A DNA stretch of 64,000 nt, from the IMG/VR virus record IMGVR_UViG_3300047312_000347; one strand, given 5' to 3'. The notes under the pieces were generated by a model, which did not search any database, was not told the origin of the DNA, and saw only the letters and a program-made list of their open reading frames with translations. Each line of letters starts with the position of its first letter. The stretch's first letter is position 1. Of the stretch, positions 48,819-58,110 are shown in pieces. Made by a program: the position numbers and the translations under genes. Source of the DNA: an uncultured virus (IMG/VR IMGVR_UViG_3300047312_000347). Taxonomy: Duplodnaviria; Heunggongvirae; Uroviricota; Caudoviricetes.

Positions 48819-49746
48819 CGACGACCACCGCCATCGAAATCCGCAGCAATCCCGTGCGGAAGGCAGAAGCCGCCCTGGAGCAGAAATCCCCATGAGCTAC
48901 GCCAGCCTCATTGAGCCATTGAAAGCCCAGATCGAGCGGCTAAAGGCCGAGATCGAACGGCTGCTGGTAGCACAAATGAGCCGCATCTGCACGTGCCTAT
49001 GGATGGGAAAATGAGCGATATCCTTGAGCGGCTGGAAAACTTTTCACTCTATTCCTACCCACCTGGAGAGGGCATCTATCACTTGGGCGCTCTGCAACGG
49101 GCGGCGACGGCCGAGATCGAGCGGCTGCGTGCCGACAAAGACGTGCTCCGCTCCCAGCAGCGCAATGCTGCTTACGAGCGTGATATTGCTGCGCTGGAAG
49201 CCGAAATCGAGCGGCTGCGGGCGGCGCTCAATAATCTTGATGCCTGCGCTGTTCCTACTGCGGAGCAAATCGAACAGATGGAAAAAGGAATAGGTGCAAT
49301 CTACACACCGGCGATGGCGCTGAGACTTGGGATGGAAACGGCAATTGGAAACGTGAAACGCGCCATGGCCGCCCTTGAGCAAAAATCCCCATGAGCCTTC
49401 GCGAACTTACCCAGAAGGAGGCGGCGGCCGAGATCGAGCGGCTGCGGGCGGCGCTTAAAGAATACGGTCGCCACGACCCAACATGCCATTGGTTTCACCC
49501 AGAACGCTATGCCTGCGATTGTGGCCTACATGCCGCCCTGGAGCAGAAATCCCCGGTGGAGAGATGACCACAGATCACGAAATGAGGATGGAGGCGCTCA
49601 GACTTTATGAGGAAAACGAGCGGCTGCGCACGGCGCTCAAGGACGGGTGTTCAACATTGGCGCTATTTAACGTCAAGAACTACCACCATACTTTGGTAAC
49701 GCTACAGGCGCGGTTGCTGGCGGCCCTAGAGCAGAAATCCCCATGA
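48815..49746 (+). repeat. Array of five ATGA-coupled mini-ORFs with shared repeats
   Basis: GCCCTNGAGCARAAATCCCC at 48872, 49371, 49535, 49723; repeated EIERLRAAL coding. Confidence 0.85.
49011..49394 (+). CDS. EIERLR-repeat protein
   Basis: MSDILERLE...AEIERLR x2...ALEQKSP. Confidence 0.65.
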   Translation: MSDILERLENFSLYSYPPGEGIYHLGALQRAATAEIERLRADKDVLRSQQRNAAYERDIAALEAEIERLRAALNNLDACAVPTAEQIEQMEKGIGAIYTPAMALRLGMETAIGNVKRAMAALEQKSP

Positions 49747-49767
49747 CCCACGTCACAAGGAGGAAGC

Positions 49768-50160
49768 ATGACCATCGAGCAAGAGCACGACCGCGTCCGC
49801 CCGCTGAAAATCCGCGACCAAGCCCAGGAAGTCGGCGAGCACGGGAAAAACGACGCGCCGCCGCGCGCCCGTGATCCGCTGGCGCTCGCCGGCGTCACTG
49901 TGCAAGCTGTCGATCAGATCGGCGAGTCCGCCGCGCATGAGATCGAGCAGGCCGCGGCGGCGGTCGAGGAGGGCGCCGCCGAGATTGCGGAGAACATGCG
50001 CGAGCTCGCCGCAGCCATGCGCAAGCATTCACAGATTGCCGGCGAGCGCGTTGCCGAATTTGTGGGCCGCGCGACCGGGGCCATCGAGACGATCCGCGCG
50101 TTGCAGGAGCGCCTCGACGCCGGCGAGCCTAAGAAGGGCAACGGCAGCGAGCCGTTATAG
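49768..50160 (+). CDS. Coiled-coil hypothetical protein
   Basis: Paralogue of 13812..14177; AGGAGG RBS. Confidence 0.75.
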   Translation: MTIEQEHDRVRPLKIRDQAQEVGEHGKNDAPPRARDPLALAGVTVQAVDQIGESAAHEIEQAAAAVEEGAAEIAENMRELAAAMRKHSQIAGERVAEFVGRATGAIETIRALQERLDAGEPKKGNGSEPL

Positions 50161-50355
50161 GAACGTCTTGAACAAGATCGCGATCGTCATGGCGAGATTA
50201 GTGCCGGCAATCCATTTCAACACAGTCAGATCGAGTTCGATCTTCGCGGCTCGATTTTCATAACCGGCGGCCTCCTCCGCAGCGGCGCGCGCCTTGTCGT
50301 CTGGCACGTTGCCGGCCCGCAAAGCGTCGTAGAGCTTCGCCATCATGATAGCCAT
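50155..50355 (-). CDS. Small DUF1640/CCDC90-like membrane-anchored protein
   Basis: LYDALRAG.V...A.AAAEE...LKW + hydrophobic tail. Confidence 0.6.
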   Translation of the reverse strand: MAIMMAKLYDALRAGNVPDDKARAAAEEAAGYENRAAKIELDLTVLKWIAGTNLAMTIAILFKTFL

Positions 50356-50357
50356 TT

Positions 50358-51596
50358 TCAAACTCCGGTGGTGAGCGCGACGACGTTGTCCGCGAGTGCC
50401 GCGCGGCGCGGACGCCCAATTCGGTTGCCAGCGAGCTGCATGACATGTGCGGCCCACCGTTCGAGCGCGGCGCGGCGTTGGTCGAGATAAAGGGCCTTAT
50501 TGTAGACGCCGCCGACGCCGCTCTTGTGGCCGCCGACGTGGCCGAGGATCGTCTCCACGATATGGGGCGGCACGTCGAAGCGCTCGTGCAAGGCGGTCGA
50601 TATCGAGCGCCGGAAGTCGTGCAGGCGCCAGGGCGCCACCGCGGCGCCGAGCTTGGCGTCGAGCTGTTTTTTGGGCGCGGTGAATTGGGAGAACGGGCCT
50701 TCGCCGTAGCCGAAGACCAGATCCCGTTCGGGCCGGTGCTGCAGCCGGGCCGCGAGGATGGCGCGCGCGGGCGGCGAGAGCGGGATGACATGCTCGCGGC
50801 TGTTCTTGACGCGGGCGCCCGGCAGGGTAATCAACGCCGCCCCGATATCGACCTCGGCGCGTCGCAGGCTGGCGATCTCGTCGCGCCGGGCACCGGTGAG
50901 GATGAGAAGCCGGACGATGGCCGCATAGTCGTCGTCCACGTCATCGCCGAGCGCGCGCCAAATGGCGCCGATCTCGGGATCGGTGACGACATGGTCGCGG
51001 ACGAAGGGTTCGCACGGCAGATTCGTGAAGGCGACCGGGTTCGATTCAATGAGCCCTTCGCGGCAGGCCCACATAAAGAACGCGGACCAGGAAGCGCGCG
51101 ACCTGGTGGCCGTCGCCGGGCCGCTGGACGCACTGACCTCGGTGAGGCGCCGGGCGATCATGGCGCGGGTCACGGCCGTGATCGCCTCGCGGTGCAGCGG
51201 GAGCAAATGCTTGTTGAGGTGCCGGATTACCTCGCGCAGTGTCGCCGGCTTCAACCGCGGGCGCTTCCAGTCGAAGTATCGCGGCAGCAGGGCGCCGATC
51301 GTGGTGGCCGCCTCGACCCGGGCGCGAGATCGGTCGGCCGCCGGGTCGCCGCCAAGCTGGCGGACCGCCAGCAAGTCCTTGGCCTTGGCGCGCGCCGCGG
51401 CCGTGGGAACGATCGCCGGCGAGCCGAGCGATATCTTCCGGGCGCGGCCGTGGACCTCGTACATGACGGTCCAGGTCCGGGCGCCGCTGGCGCGGACGCG
51501 GAGCCCGAAGCCGGGCAGGTCCTCATCCCAAAACGTCGTGTCGGTCTTGTCGGCTGGGCAGGCCAGTGTGCGGATCGTCTTGTCGGTCAGTTTCAT
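50358..51596 (-). CDS. int: Tyrosine integrase B with arm-binding domain
   Basis: WDEDLPGFGLRV; TGARRDE, HDFRR, LGH, VYN. Confidence 0.95.
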   Translation of the reverse strand: MKLTDKTIRTLACPADKTDTTFWDEDLPGFGLRVRASGARTWTVMYEVHGRARKISLGSPAIVPTAAARAKAKDLLAVRQLGGDPAADRSRARVEAATTIGALLPRYFDWKRPRLKPATLREVIRHLNKHLLPLHREAITAVTRAMIARRLTEVSASSGPATATRSRASWSAFFMWACREGLIESNPVAFTNLPCEPFVRDHVVTDPEIGAIWRALGDDVDDDYAAIVRLLILTGARRDEIASLRRAEVDIGAALITLPGARVKNSREHVIPLSPPARAILAARLQHRPERDLVFGYGEGPFSQFTAPKKQLDAKLGAAVAPWRLHDFRRSISTALHERFDVPPHIVETILGHVGGHKSGVGGVYNKALYLDQRRAALERWAAHVMQLAGNRIGRPRRAALADNVVALTTGV

Positions 51597-51612
51597 TGGC
51601 GGGGATCCTTTT

Positions 51613-51890
51613 GGGGTAGGCCAGGGGTAGGCCGGCGATGTATAACCGGCTTCCATCCATTTCCATTGGTTGCTACGCTAGTGTGCGGTTAGTCATTGAT
51701 ACATCGAGCCTTTCTGCATCAGGTTTCCAACCTTAGCAATTCCTCGCCATGCATTGCAAGCGTCAAAATCACACAATACATGTGCAGAATAGCGGCTGAG
51801 ATATTGCAAATATTGCCAATATCTCAAAGTCTTAGCCATTAACTCCCTACCCAGGAAAAGCGCCTGGGTAGGGTATGGGTAGGGTTTTGG
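51613..51890. other. attP-like site B
   Basis: GGGTAGG repeats on both sides of an AT-richer core; GAGATATTG/CAATATCTC inverted repeat; near-IHF motif at 51689. Confidence 0.6.
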
Positions 51891-52040
51891 GCGGATGGGC
51901 GCCGGGTAGGGCGCAGGAAGGGCCGAAGTAGGGCCCAGGGTAGGAATGCTGCTCCCGAGCCCACAAGCGGCCACCCATGCGCGTTCCGGACGCGCCCGCT
52001 ACCCTGGCCGCCCGGCCGACCGGGCGCACCACGGGCCGGC

Positions 52041-52382
52041 CTAGAGCCCGTTCGCGTCGAATCGCTCTGACATCTTCGGCGCGCTACTGCGGCCGAGGAT
52101 AAATTCCACATCGATCACATCCCCGTCGCGCAGCTCGTCCCAATGCTGTCGGATGTGGTCGTGGGCTACCCTGTGGGTCGTCGAACGCCAATCGTAGGGG
52201 TCATAGGAAACGCCGCGACACTGAGCATCGATCATGATCACGATTGGGTCGCCCGGGTCGCACGAGTAGCCGTCGCGCCGCAAGAGGTACCGCTGTCCTT
52301 CGTTGTCGGGCAGCGGCCGAATGCACATCACCGGGATGAAGGTACCGGCGTCCCGAATTTCCAGCATTTTGACCAGCATCAT
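52041..52382 (-). CDS. Hypothetical protein
   Basis: GAGG RBS; EIRD.GTFIP...GDVIDVEFILG. Confidence 0.7.
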   Translation of the reverse strand: MMLVKMLEIRDAGTFIPVMCIRPLPDNEGQRYLLRRDGYSCDPGDPIVIMIDAQCRGVSYDPYDWRSTTHRVAHDHIRQHWDELRDGDVIDVEFILGRSSAPKMSERFDANGL

Positions 52383-52524
52383 TTAAGTTTCCTCGCCATC
52401 GGCCAGGACCGCCACCGCGATGACGTCCGCGATGAGGCAGCGGCGAACGCGGGCCGCGCATCGATAGCGGCATTCCCCGTCGCCGGCGTGCGGGCAGCGC
52501 AGGCGCGGAGCGCCGTCGGCGGGT

Positions 52525-52863
52525 TCAGCCCTGGTCGTCTGGTGGTCGCGCTGTTGCATTGCCGCCCCACGACTTCGGCCGGATGCGCGGCATGCGCGCG
52601 GCCCGCACGCGCGTCACCCGAATCCGTGGAATCGGTGCCTCCGGCGGCGCCACCAGGTCCTTGAGCGTGCAGTGCAGCGCCGCGGCGAGAAGCTCGAGCA
52701 CCTTGGCGGTGATGCGCCGGTGGCCATGCTCATAATGATAGATCGCATACTTGCTGACGCCGATCGCCTCGCCGAGCGCGGCCTGCGTCATCAGGCGGTG
52801 CTCGCGAATCTGCGCGATCCGCTTGCCGATGACCGCATCTCTTTTGCTGATAACATGGTCCAT
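52525..52863 (-). CDS. XRE-family HTH regulator
   Basis: IGKRIAQIRE..MTQAALGEAIGVS..I..YEHG; paralogue of 20113. Confidence 0.85.
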   Translation of the reverse strand: MDHVISKRDAVIGKRIAQIREHRLMTQAALGEAIGVSKYAIYHYEHGHRRITAKVLELLAAALHCTLKDLVAPPEAPIPRIRVTRVRAARMPRIRPKSWGGNATARPPDDQG

Positions 52864-53156
52864 CACCGGCGCTCCTCTTGATCTAAGTTGCGTGTGATTG
52901 ATCCCCGGTATTTTTCTCCCGGCCGTCGTTACCGCCCCGATCCAATATGAAGCCAGGATGACACGCATTGCCACCAAAACGTGTAGCTATATGACTCCCG
53001 TTTCCTCTTATAGCCGCTGCCGCTAGCGGCCCGGCCGGCGCCCGCAATCCGCGGGTTGTGTCAATTATGATTCCTTTACGCGAATCTCACGTTAAATTGA
53101 CCCCTAATTTGTTAGGGGCGTATACCAAAATGTTCCAACGGTACGATGGGGTTGCA

Positions 53157-53402
53157 ATGCCCCATAGACCAAAGCGCGCGCGCCCTCCTTCGATGACACT
53201 GACGGCGAAACAGCAGCTTGTCCTGCGCCTCGTCGCAGACGGCAAAACGGCCAAGAGCATCGCTCGCGAGCTCGGCGTGACCACGACCACCGTCCTCGAT
53301 CATATCGAGCGCATTAAAACCAATCTCGGCGCCACCAATCGCACCAACGCCGCCGTCATCGCCGTGCAGAAGGGATTGTTGAACAACAAGCCGAAAAAAT
53401 AA
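53157..53402 (+). CDS. LuxR-type HTH-only regulator
   Basis: LTAKQQLVLRLVADG...IARELG..TV..H..I..LGA.NRT; start uncertain. Confidence 0.85.
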   Translation: MPHRPKRARPPSMTLTAKQQLVLRLVADGKTAKSIARELGVTTTTVLDHIERIKTNLGATNRTNAAVIAVQKGLLNNKPKK

Positions 53403-53425
53403 AAAAAGCCCCGCAAGGCGGGGCC
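53401..53425 (-). terminator. Intrinsic terminator
   Basis: GCCCCGC-AAG-GCGGGGC with A-tract on + (U-tract on -). Confidence 0.75.
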
Positions 53426-53446
53426 AAGTCATGGGGGGCAACGCCT

Positions 53447-54400
53447 TCACCTTATCGACAATTTCTCATAAGGGAAAATGACTTCGACCTCGTCGTCCGT
53501 CTGAATGCCGAGCGATTCCATCAAGCCGGGGCTGATGTCGGCGACGCGACCCGTATCCTCATGCGGTCCCCAATCCGCCGGAAAGGCGGTGAGCGACCGG
53601 CCGGTGGGCAGCGCGCGCACGAGCGCGACTTGCTCGAGCAGCATAGCCCGCGGCGTCACGTCGTAGTCCCATCGGCAAGCGATATAGTGGGCGTGGGGAT
53701 CCAATCGACGCGCGAGGCCCGTAGTTTGCGGAGGCTGTCGAGGAAGAAAGAGATGCGGTGCATCCTCGACCTCATCAATAAAAGCCAATCCCTCATCTGA
53801 TGCCACTCCCTTGTCATTCGGGCCGCCGAACCATGAAACCTTGCCGCACACCGACGATGCTTCCGGCGCTTGCACACCCTCGCCGCCGGCCAGGACACCG
53901 GCGATGGCGCGGCAGATCGGATCAAATTCCTCGTTGTAGAGCGCCGCGTCGGCCTCGCTGTCCACAAAGCACGTCTCAATCAGGATCGCCGGCATAGCGG
54001 TGTTGTTGAGGAAATAGAGATCGGTGCGCTTCTTCGGACCGCGGTTGGTGAAGCCGCACGCGGCGATCGCCGCCGCCACCTGGCCGGCGAGCGCGTTCTG
54101 CGTGACGTAGAGCACCTCGGTCCCCATCGGCTTTGCCGTCTCCACATAGGCGTTGAAATGCACCGACACGTCGAGGTCGCGCTGCTGCGCATTGTGCGCC
54201 TCGACGATGGTCTTGAGGTTCTCGTCCTGCGATCGGGAGGTGTCGTCGTGAAATATTTTCACGTTCACACCGCGATCGCGCAGCCGATCGGCGAGCCGGT
54301 TGACCACGTTGCGGGCCTCTTCCACCTCATCGAGCAGCCCGCTCGCGCCGCGCACATAACAACCATGCCCACTACTGATAACGATGCGACCATAAGCCAT
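53447..54400 (-). CDS. N-acetylmuramoyl-L-alanine amidase endolysin with RlpA-like C-domain
   Basis: SSGH, E, SVHFNA, ILIETCFVD; C-term DWGP..GRVADISP. Confidence 0.9.
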   Translation of the reverse strand: MAYGRIVISSGHGCYVRGASGLLDEVEEARNVVNRLADRLRDRGVNVKIFHDDTSRSQDENLKTIVEAHNAQQRDLDVSVHFNAYVETAKPMGTEVLYVTQNALAGQVAAAIAACGFTNRGPKKRTDLYFLNNTAMPAILIETCFVDSEADAALYNEEFDPICRAIAGVLAGGEGVQAPEASSVCGKVSWFGGPNDKGVASDEGLAFIDEVEDAPHLFLPRQPPQTTGLARRLDPHAHYIACRWDYDVTPRAMLLEQVALVRALPTGRSLTAFPADWGPHEDTGRVADISPGLMESLGIQTDDEVEVIFPYEKLSIR

Positions 54401-54412
54401 TGAGTGGCCTCC

Positions 54413-54688
54413 TTAAGGTTTCTTGCCGAGTTCGCGCGTCATGATATCGACGACCTTGTCCAGCCGATCCTTGTTCGCCTGCGTCTCTTTCTCGGTGACA
54501 GTCAGGCGATTGTTGATCTCCGCGAGGTGCGGCGAGCCGCGCACTTCGAGAATGTTCACCCGCGCCTCCAGCTCGACCATGTAGGCAGTAATCGAGAGCA
54601 CGGCCGCGCCGATGGCAACGCCTTGCGCCACCAGGAAATAGACCAGAGCTTGGTTCTCGTGGAACCACGATTTGACGGAAGTCATCAT
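54413..54688 (-). CDS. TM plus coiled-coil lysis-region protein
   Basis: Paralogue of 21545..21820. Confidence 0.7.
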   Translation of the reverse strand: MMTSVKSWFHENQALVYFLVAQGVAIGAAVLSITAYMVELEARVNILEVRGSPHLAEINNRLTVTEKETQANKDRLDKVVDIMTRELGKKP

Positions 54689-54974
54689 GTGATCTCGGTT
54701 CCATCCGGAGCCTTGAACCCCGGCCCGGACTGACCTAATATTTGGGGTGGAGGGGCGAGCCCAAACCCGCCCCTCCTGCTTCACTGCATCAGAACCACCG
54801 CACTTTGATGGTCAGTCGTGCGCGGTATCTTCTGATGGCTACAGAAATCGCGATCCATACCATCGCGGTTTCTCCCCATTCGGCGGGCACGGCACGGCCG
54901 CTTTCGCGCCGGGAGGGGCCTAGACCTCCCGGCAGCGCCGCTGACCCGGCGCTTCGCCTCGCGCCCGCCAAAAC

Positions 54975-55208
54975 CTAATCCGTGCCATCCTTCTTGCCTG
55001 GCCGTTGCCGCCGCCGCCCGGACAGCGCCTGCACGAGCAGCCGCCGGATCGCCTCGGGGCGGGACGGAGGGGGCTCCGGTTGCGCCGCCCGCCAGCCGTC
55101 CAGTTTTGCGAGTAAATCGGCCTGTAGCCTGGTCATGACCGGCGTCCCTATCTCTTTGGGACGACGACGTTTCTCATATTTCGTGATTTCACGACTTGAC
55201 GTGGCCAT
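54975..55208 (-). CDS. Ribbon-helix-helix regulator
   Basis: VMTRL...L..LD.W...SRPEAIRRLL. Confidence 0.75.
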   Translation of the reverse strand: MATSSREITKYEKRRRPKEIGTPVMTRLQADLLAKLDGWRAAQPEPPPSRPEAIRRLLVQALSGRRRQRPGKKDGTD

Positions 55209-55227
55209 GTGTTCGTGGTACCACGAA
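55181..55227. promoter_or_regulatory. Operator palindromes overlapping a promoter
   Basis: TCGTGATTTCACGA 55181; TTCGTGGTACCACGAA 55212; TTGACG 55196. Confidence 0.65.
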
Positions 55228-55295
55228 ACAGTCGGGTCGGCAAGGTGCTTGTAACACCCCGCCGACCCTAACCCGAGAGCCGATGGAGGTTTCCC

Positions 55296-55697
55296 ATGGC
55301 ACCCCAGGCTACCCCTAGCCGTACTACGATTCCGCCCGCCCCGTCAGCCGGGGCCGGCGCCCGTCCCCAGCTTCAGCCGATCGAGATCGCCCATGCCGCG
55401 ATGCTCGCCGGGCTCGCCCGCCTCGTCGTCCCGGTCATTCCCGCGGACAACGAGCCGGCGCATTTCGACGCCCTGGGTCAGCACATGCTGGACATCGCCG
55501 AGGTCGTCGACGACTACATGACCGCGATCGGCGACCACGTGGCCGAGAATGCCGCAACCAAGATCGACCTGAGCCTGTTCGCGGCCCCGCTGCTCGCGAC
55601 CATCGAAGGCAATGCATTTTTCGAGATCGAGAACGCGGCCGCGGCCCTGCGCGAAGAGATCCGCGATCATTACGCGCCGAGGAGGTTCGCCCGATGA
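55296..55697 (+). CDS. Hypothetical protein
   Basis: GGAGGT RBS. Confidence 0.65.
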   Translation: MAPQATPSRTTIPPAPSAGAGARPQLQPIEIAHAAMLAGLARLVVPVIPADNEPAHFDALGQHMLDIAEVVDDYMTAIGDHVAENAATKIDLSLFAAPLLATIEGNAFFEIENAAAALREEIRDHYAPRRFAR

Positions 55698-55945
55698 CCT
55701 ACGATCATTGGAAGGCGACCAATCCGGCCGATGCCGAGCTGGGCAACACCCACGCAGACCAGGGCAAGATCGTCACCCGCTACTGGGCCAAGCCGTTCCC
55801 GCTCCGTCAATTCGACTGGGAAGCATCCTACGACGGCGACGAGCCCAACGATGCCGGCCACATGGCGGTCGGCCACGGCCGCACCGAAGCTGAGGCCATC
55901 ACCGACCTGATCGAAAATTATCCTTTGGAGGACGGCGCATGTTGA
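55694..55945 (+). CDS. Hypothetical protein
   Basis: YD.WK, FDWEA.YD, G.GRTE.EAI.DL. Confidence 0.65.
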   Translation: MTYDHWKATNPADAELGNTHADQGKIVTRYWAKPFPLRQFDWEASYDGDEPNDAGHMAVGHGRTEAEAITDLIENYPLEDGAC

Positions 55946-56733
55946 GCCCCCTTCAACTTGCCGCCCGCGAGGGCTGCCTGACCGCCTCGTTTCTGCCCAA
56001 GCTCATGGCCTGGGACGAGACTGAGATCCTGCGCGAATGGCAGCGCCTCGTCGGCGACCCGGCTTGGGAGCCGGAAGACCTCGACGATAAGTGGGCGGTA
56101 CAATTCGGGTCCTGGATCGAGCCGTTCGCGCTCGACTGGCACGAACGCAAGACCGGCCGCGCTCTCTCGCACCGCGGCGACGTGGTGCACCACCCCGAGC
56201 GCCCGTACTTTTGCTGCACGCTCGATGGGTTCCGCGCCGACGACTCCACCGTGATCGACTGCAAGGCGCCCGGACCATGGCGCAAGCTCGATGAGGTCGA
56301 GGCCTATTACACCCCGCAACTGATCGGCCAGCGTGCCTGCCTGGGAGCGGATCGGGCCGCGCTCTTGATCGTACACGGCGGGCAGGAGCCGGTTGAGCGT
56401 CTCATCGAGTGGGAAGCCGATTATGAGCGCGCGCTCTGGGAGCGGGTCGACAACTTCTGGCATTGCGTCGAGACGCTGACCGAGCCGGTGGCGCAAGTGC
56501 CGGTCGCCCCGCCGGTCAAACCCATAAAGACCTACGACATGACCGGCGACAATCTCTGGGCGTCGGAAGCCATCACCTGGCTCGACAACCGCGTTGCCGC
56601 CCGCAAGGCAGCGACCGCCGAAAAGGATCTCAAGGGCCTCGTCCCGCTCGACGCCGTGCGCTGCCACGGCCACGGCATCGAAATCCGCCGCGACCGCGCC
56701 GGACGCCTCTCACTCAAGGAACAACGAGCATGA
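55939..56733 (+). CDS. YqaJ-like exonuclease (third copy)
   Basis: LTAS, G..IE, CTLDG, IDCK, PQ..GQ. Confidence 0.8.
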   Translation: MLSPLQLAAREGCLTASFLPKLMAWDETEILREWQRLVGDPAWEPEDLDDKWAVQFGSWIEPFALDWHERKTGRALSHRGDVVHHPERPYFCCTLDGFRADDSTVIDCKAPGPWRKLDEVEAYYTPQLIGQRACLGADRAALLIVHGGQEPVERLIEWEADYERALWERVDNFWHCVETLTEPVAQVPVAPPVKPIKTYDMTGDNLWASEAITWLDNRVAARKAATAEKDLKGLVPLDAVRCHGHGIEIRRDRAGRLSLKEQRA

Positions 56734-57542
56734 AAACGGTCGTCACAACCGGCGGGCCGAACAGCGCCGACGAGATCATCGACGCTGTCATCACCAAGGG
56801 CAATCTGGCGCAGCTCACGCCGCAGGAGCGCACGCGCTACTATGTGGAGGTCTGCAAAAGCGTCGGCCTCAATCCGCTGACCAAGCCATTCGAGTTCATC
56901 GAGCTAAATCAGAAGCTCACGCTTTACGCTTTGCGCAGTTGCACCGAGCAATTGCGGACGATCCATGGCGTATCGGTCGATGAGATGAGCCATAGAACGC
57001 TGGAGGGAGTTTTTATCGTTACGGCCAAGGTCCGCAACAAGGATGGCCGCACCGACATCGCAACCGGCGCCGTGACAGTCAGCCAACTCAAGGGCGACGC
57101 GCTCGCCAACGCGATGATGAAGGCTGAGACCAAGGCCAAGCGCCGCGCGACGCTTTCGATATGCGGCCTGGGTTTTCTGGACGAAAGCGAGGTCGAAACG
57201 ATCCCGCCTGCGTCCGTCCATTCGAGTCCTCCGCCGACTCCGTCGGTCCCCGCGAAGGCAGCGATCGAGCCACCTCACCATCCGGTGACCGGCGAGATCC
57301 AGATTGAGGACCCTCGCGCCATCGCGCTGCCAGAGGCACCCACCCAGTGGCGGCAATATGTGGCCTGGGGCAGCCGCTACATCGCAGCCATCGGCATGGC
57401 CAAGACGGCCGGCGAAATCGACAAGTGGCAAAAGCTCAACAAGGCCACGCTGGCAGACATCAAGACCAACGCGGCAAAAATCCATGACCGGATCGAGGCG
57501 AACGTCGCGGCGGCGCGGAAGCGGCTCGCGCCATCGGAGTAG
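56730..57542 (+). CDS. Bet/RecT-superfamily-like annealase
   Basis: C.SVGLNPLTKPF, MMKAETKAKRRATLSICGLG.LDESE. Confidence 0.65.
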   Translation: MKTVVTTGGPNSADEIIDAVITKGNLAQLTPQERTRYYVEVCKSVGLNPLTKPFEFIELNQKLTLYALRSCTEQLRTIHGVSVDEMSHRTLEGVFIVTAKVRNKDGRTDIATGAVTVSQLKGDALANAMMKAETKAKRRATLSICGLGFLDESEVETIPPASVHSSPPPTPSVPAKAAIEPPHHPVTGEIQIEDPRAIALPEAPTQWRQYVAWGSRYIAAIGMAKTAGEIDKWQKLNKATLADIKTNAAKIHDRIEANVAAARKRLAPSE

Positions 57543-57636
57543 CCATGGCGCCAATGAGCAAGTCTTTGGCCCCGGCGAGCAAGTCAAACGTATAGAGACA
57601 TTTTAACAATACGTGAAACACGTGGAGAACTCGAAT

Positions 57637-58107
57637 ATGTCAACGTTTTCTAAAATCGTTACCGCCTGGGCCGTCGTCCTTGTCGTTGGTGGCATCGTCG
57701 TTCTTAGCTCACAGCGATCGCAGAGCAATACGCCGGTTGCCGCGCAAGCCAGCAGGCCCGTACCAGCGAAAAGCATGCCACCGAACGAAGCCAGAACGGT
57801 GGTCCGTATCGACGTCGGAGTCCTGGCGGACGAATATGACAGCAACGAGATCGCGACGGACCTGAGACTCAAAGGCAAAATTATCGAGGTCAGCGGCACG
57901 GTGAATACGATCACCAAGGATGCAGTTGGATATTTGCGCGTCGATTTGGCGACGCGAAATCAATTTTTATCCGCGAGCATGAAGATGGACAAGAAACAAG
58001 AAGCGACGTTGGCGCATCTGCAAAAGGGCCAAAGGGTAATCATCCGCTGTGAGAAAATGCAGCGATGGGCTGGCACACCATACGGCGACAATTGCATTTT
58101 GATGTAA
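57637..58107 (+). CDS. Membrane-anchored OB-fold (tRNA_anti-like) protein
   Basis: N-terminal TM; EYDSNEIA.D...KGK.IEVSG.V. Confidence 0.7.
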   Translation: MSTFSKIVTAWAVVLVVGGIVVLSSQRSQSNTPVAAQASRPVPAKSMPPNEARTVVRIDVGVLADEYDSNEIATDLRLKGKIIEVSGTVNTITKDAVGYLRVDLATRNQFLSASMKMDKKQEATLAHLQKGQRVIIRCEKMQRWAGTPYGDNCILM

Positions 58108-58110
58108 CGC

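Noticed and set aside
48815..49746. CRISPR array
   Set aside because: Spacing irregular (hundreds of bp), repeats are coding, no cas genes
51866..51884. G-quadruplex GGGTAGGGTATGGGTAGGG as a separate system
   Set aside because: Fits the pattern but is more simply explained as GGGTAGG integrase arm repeats, also present at 51613-51633
57612..57620. Additional parS
   Set aside because: Only a half-site (CGTGAAACA)
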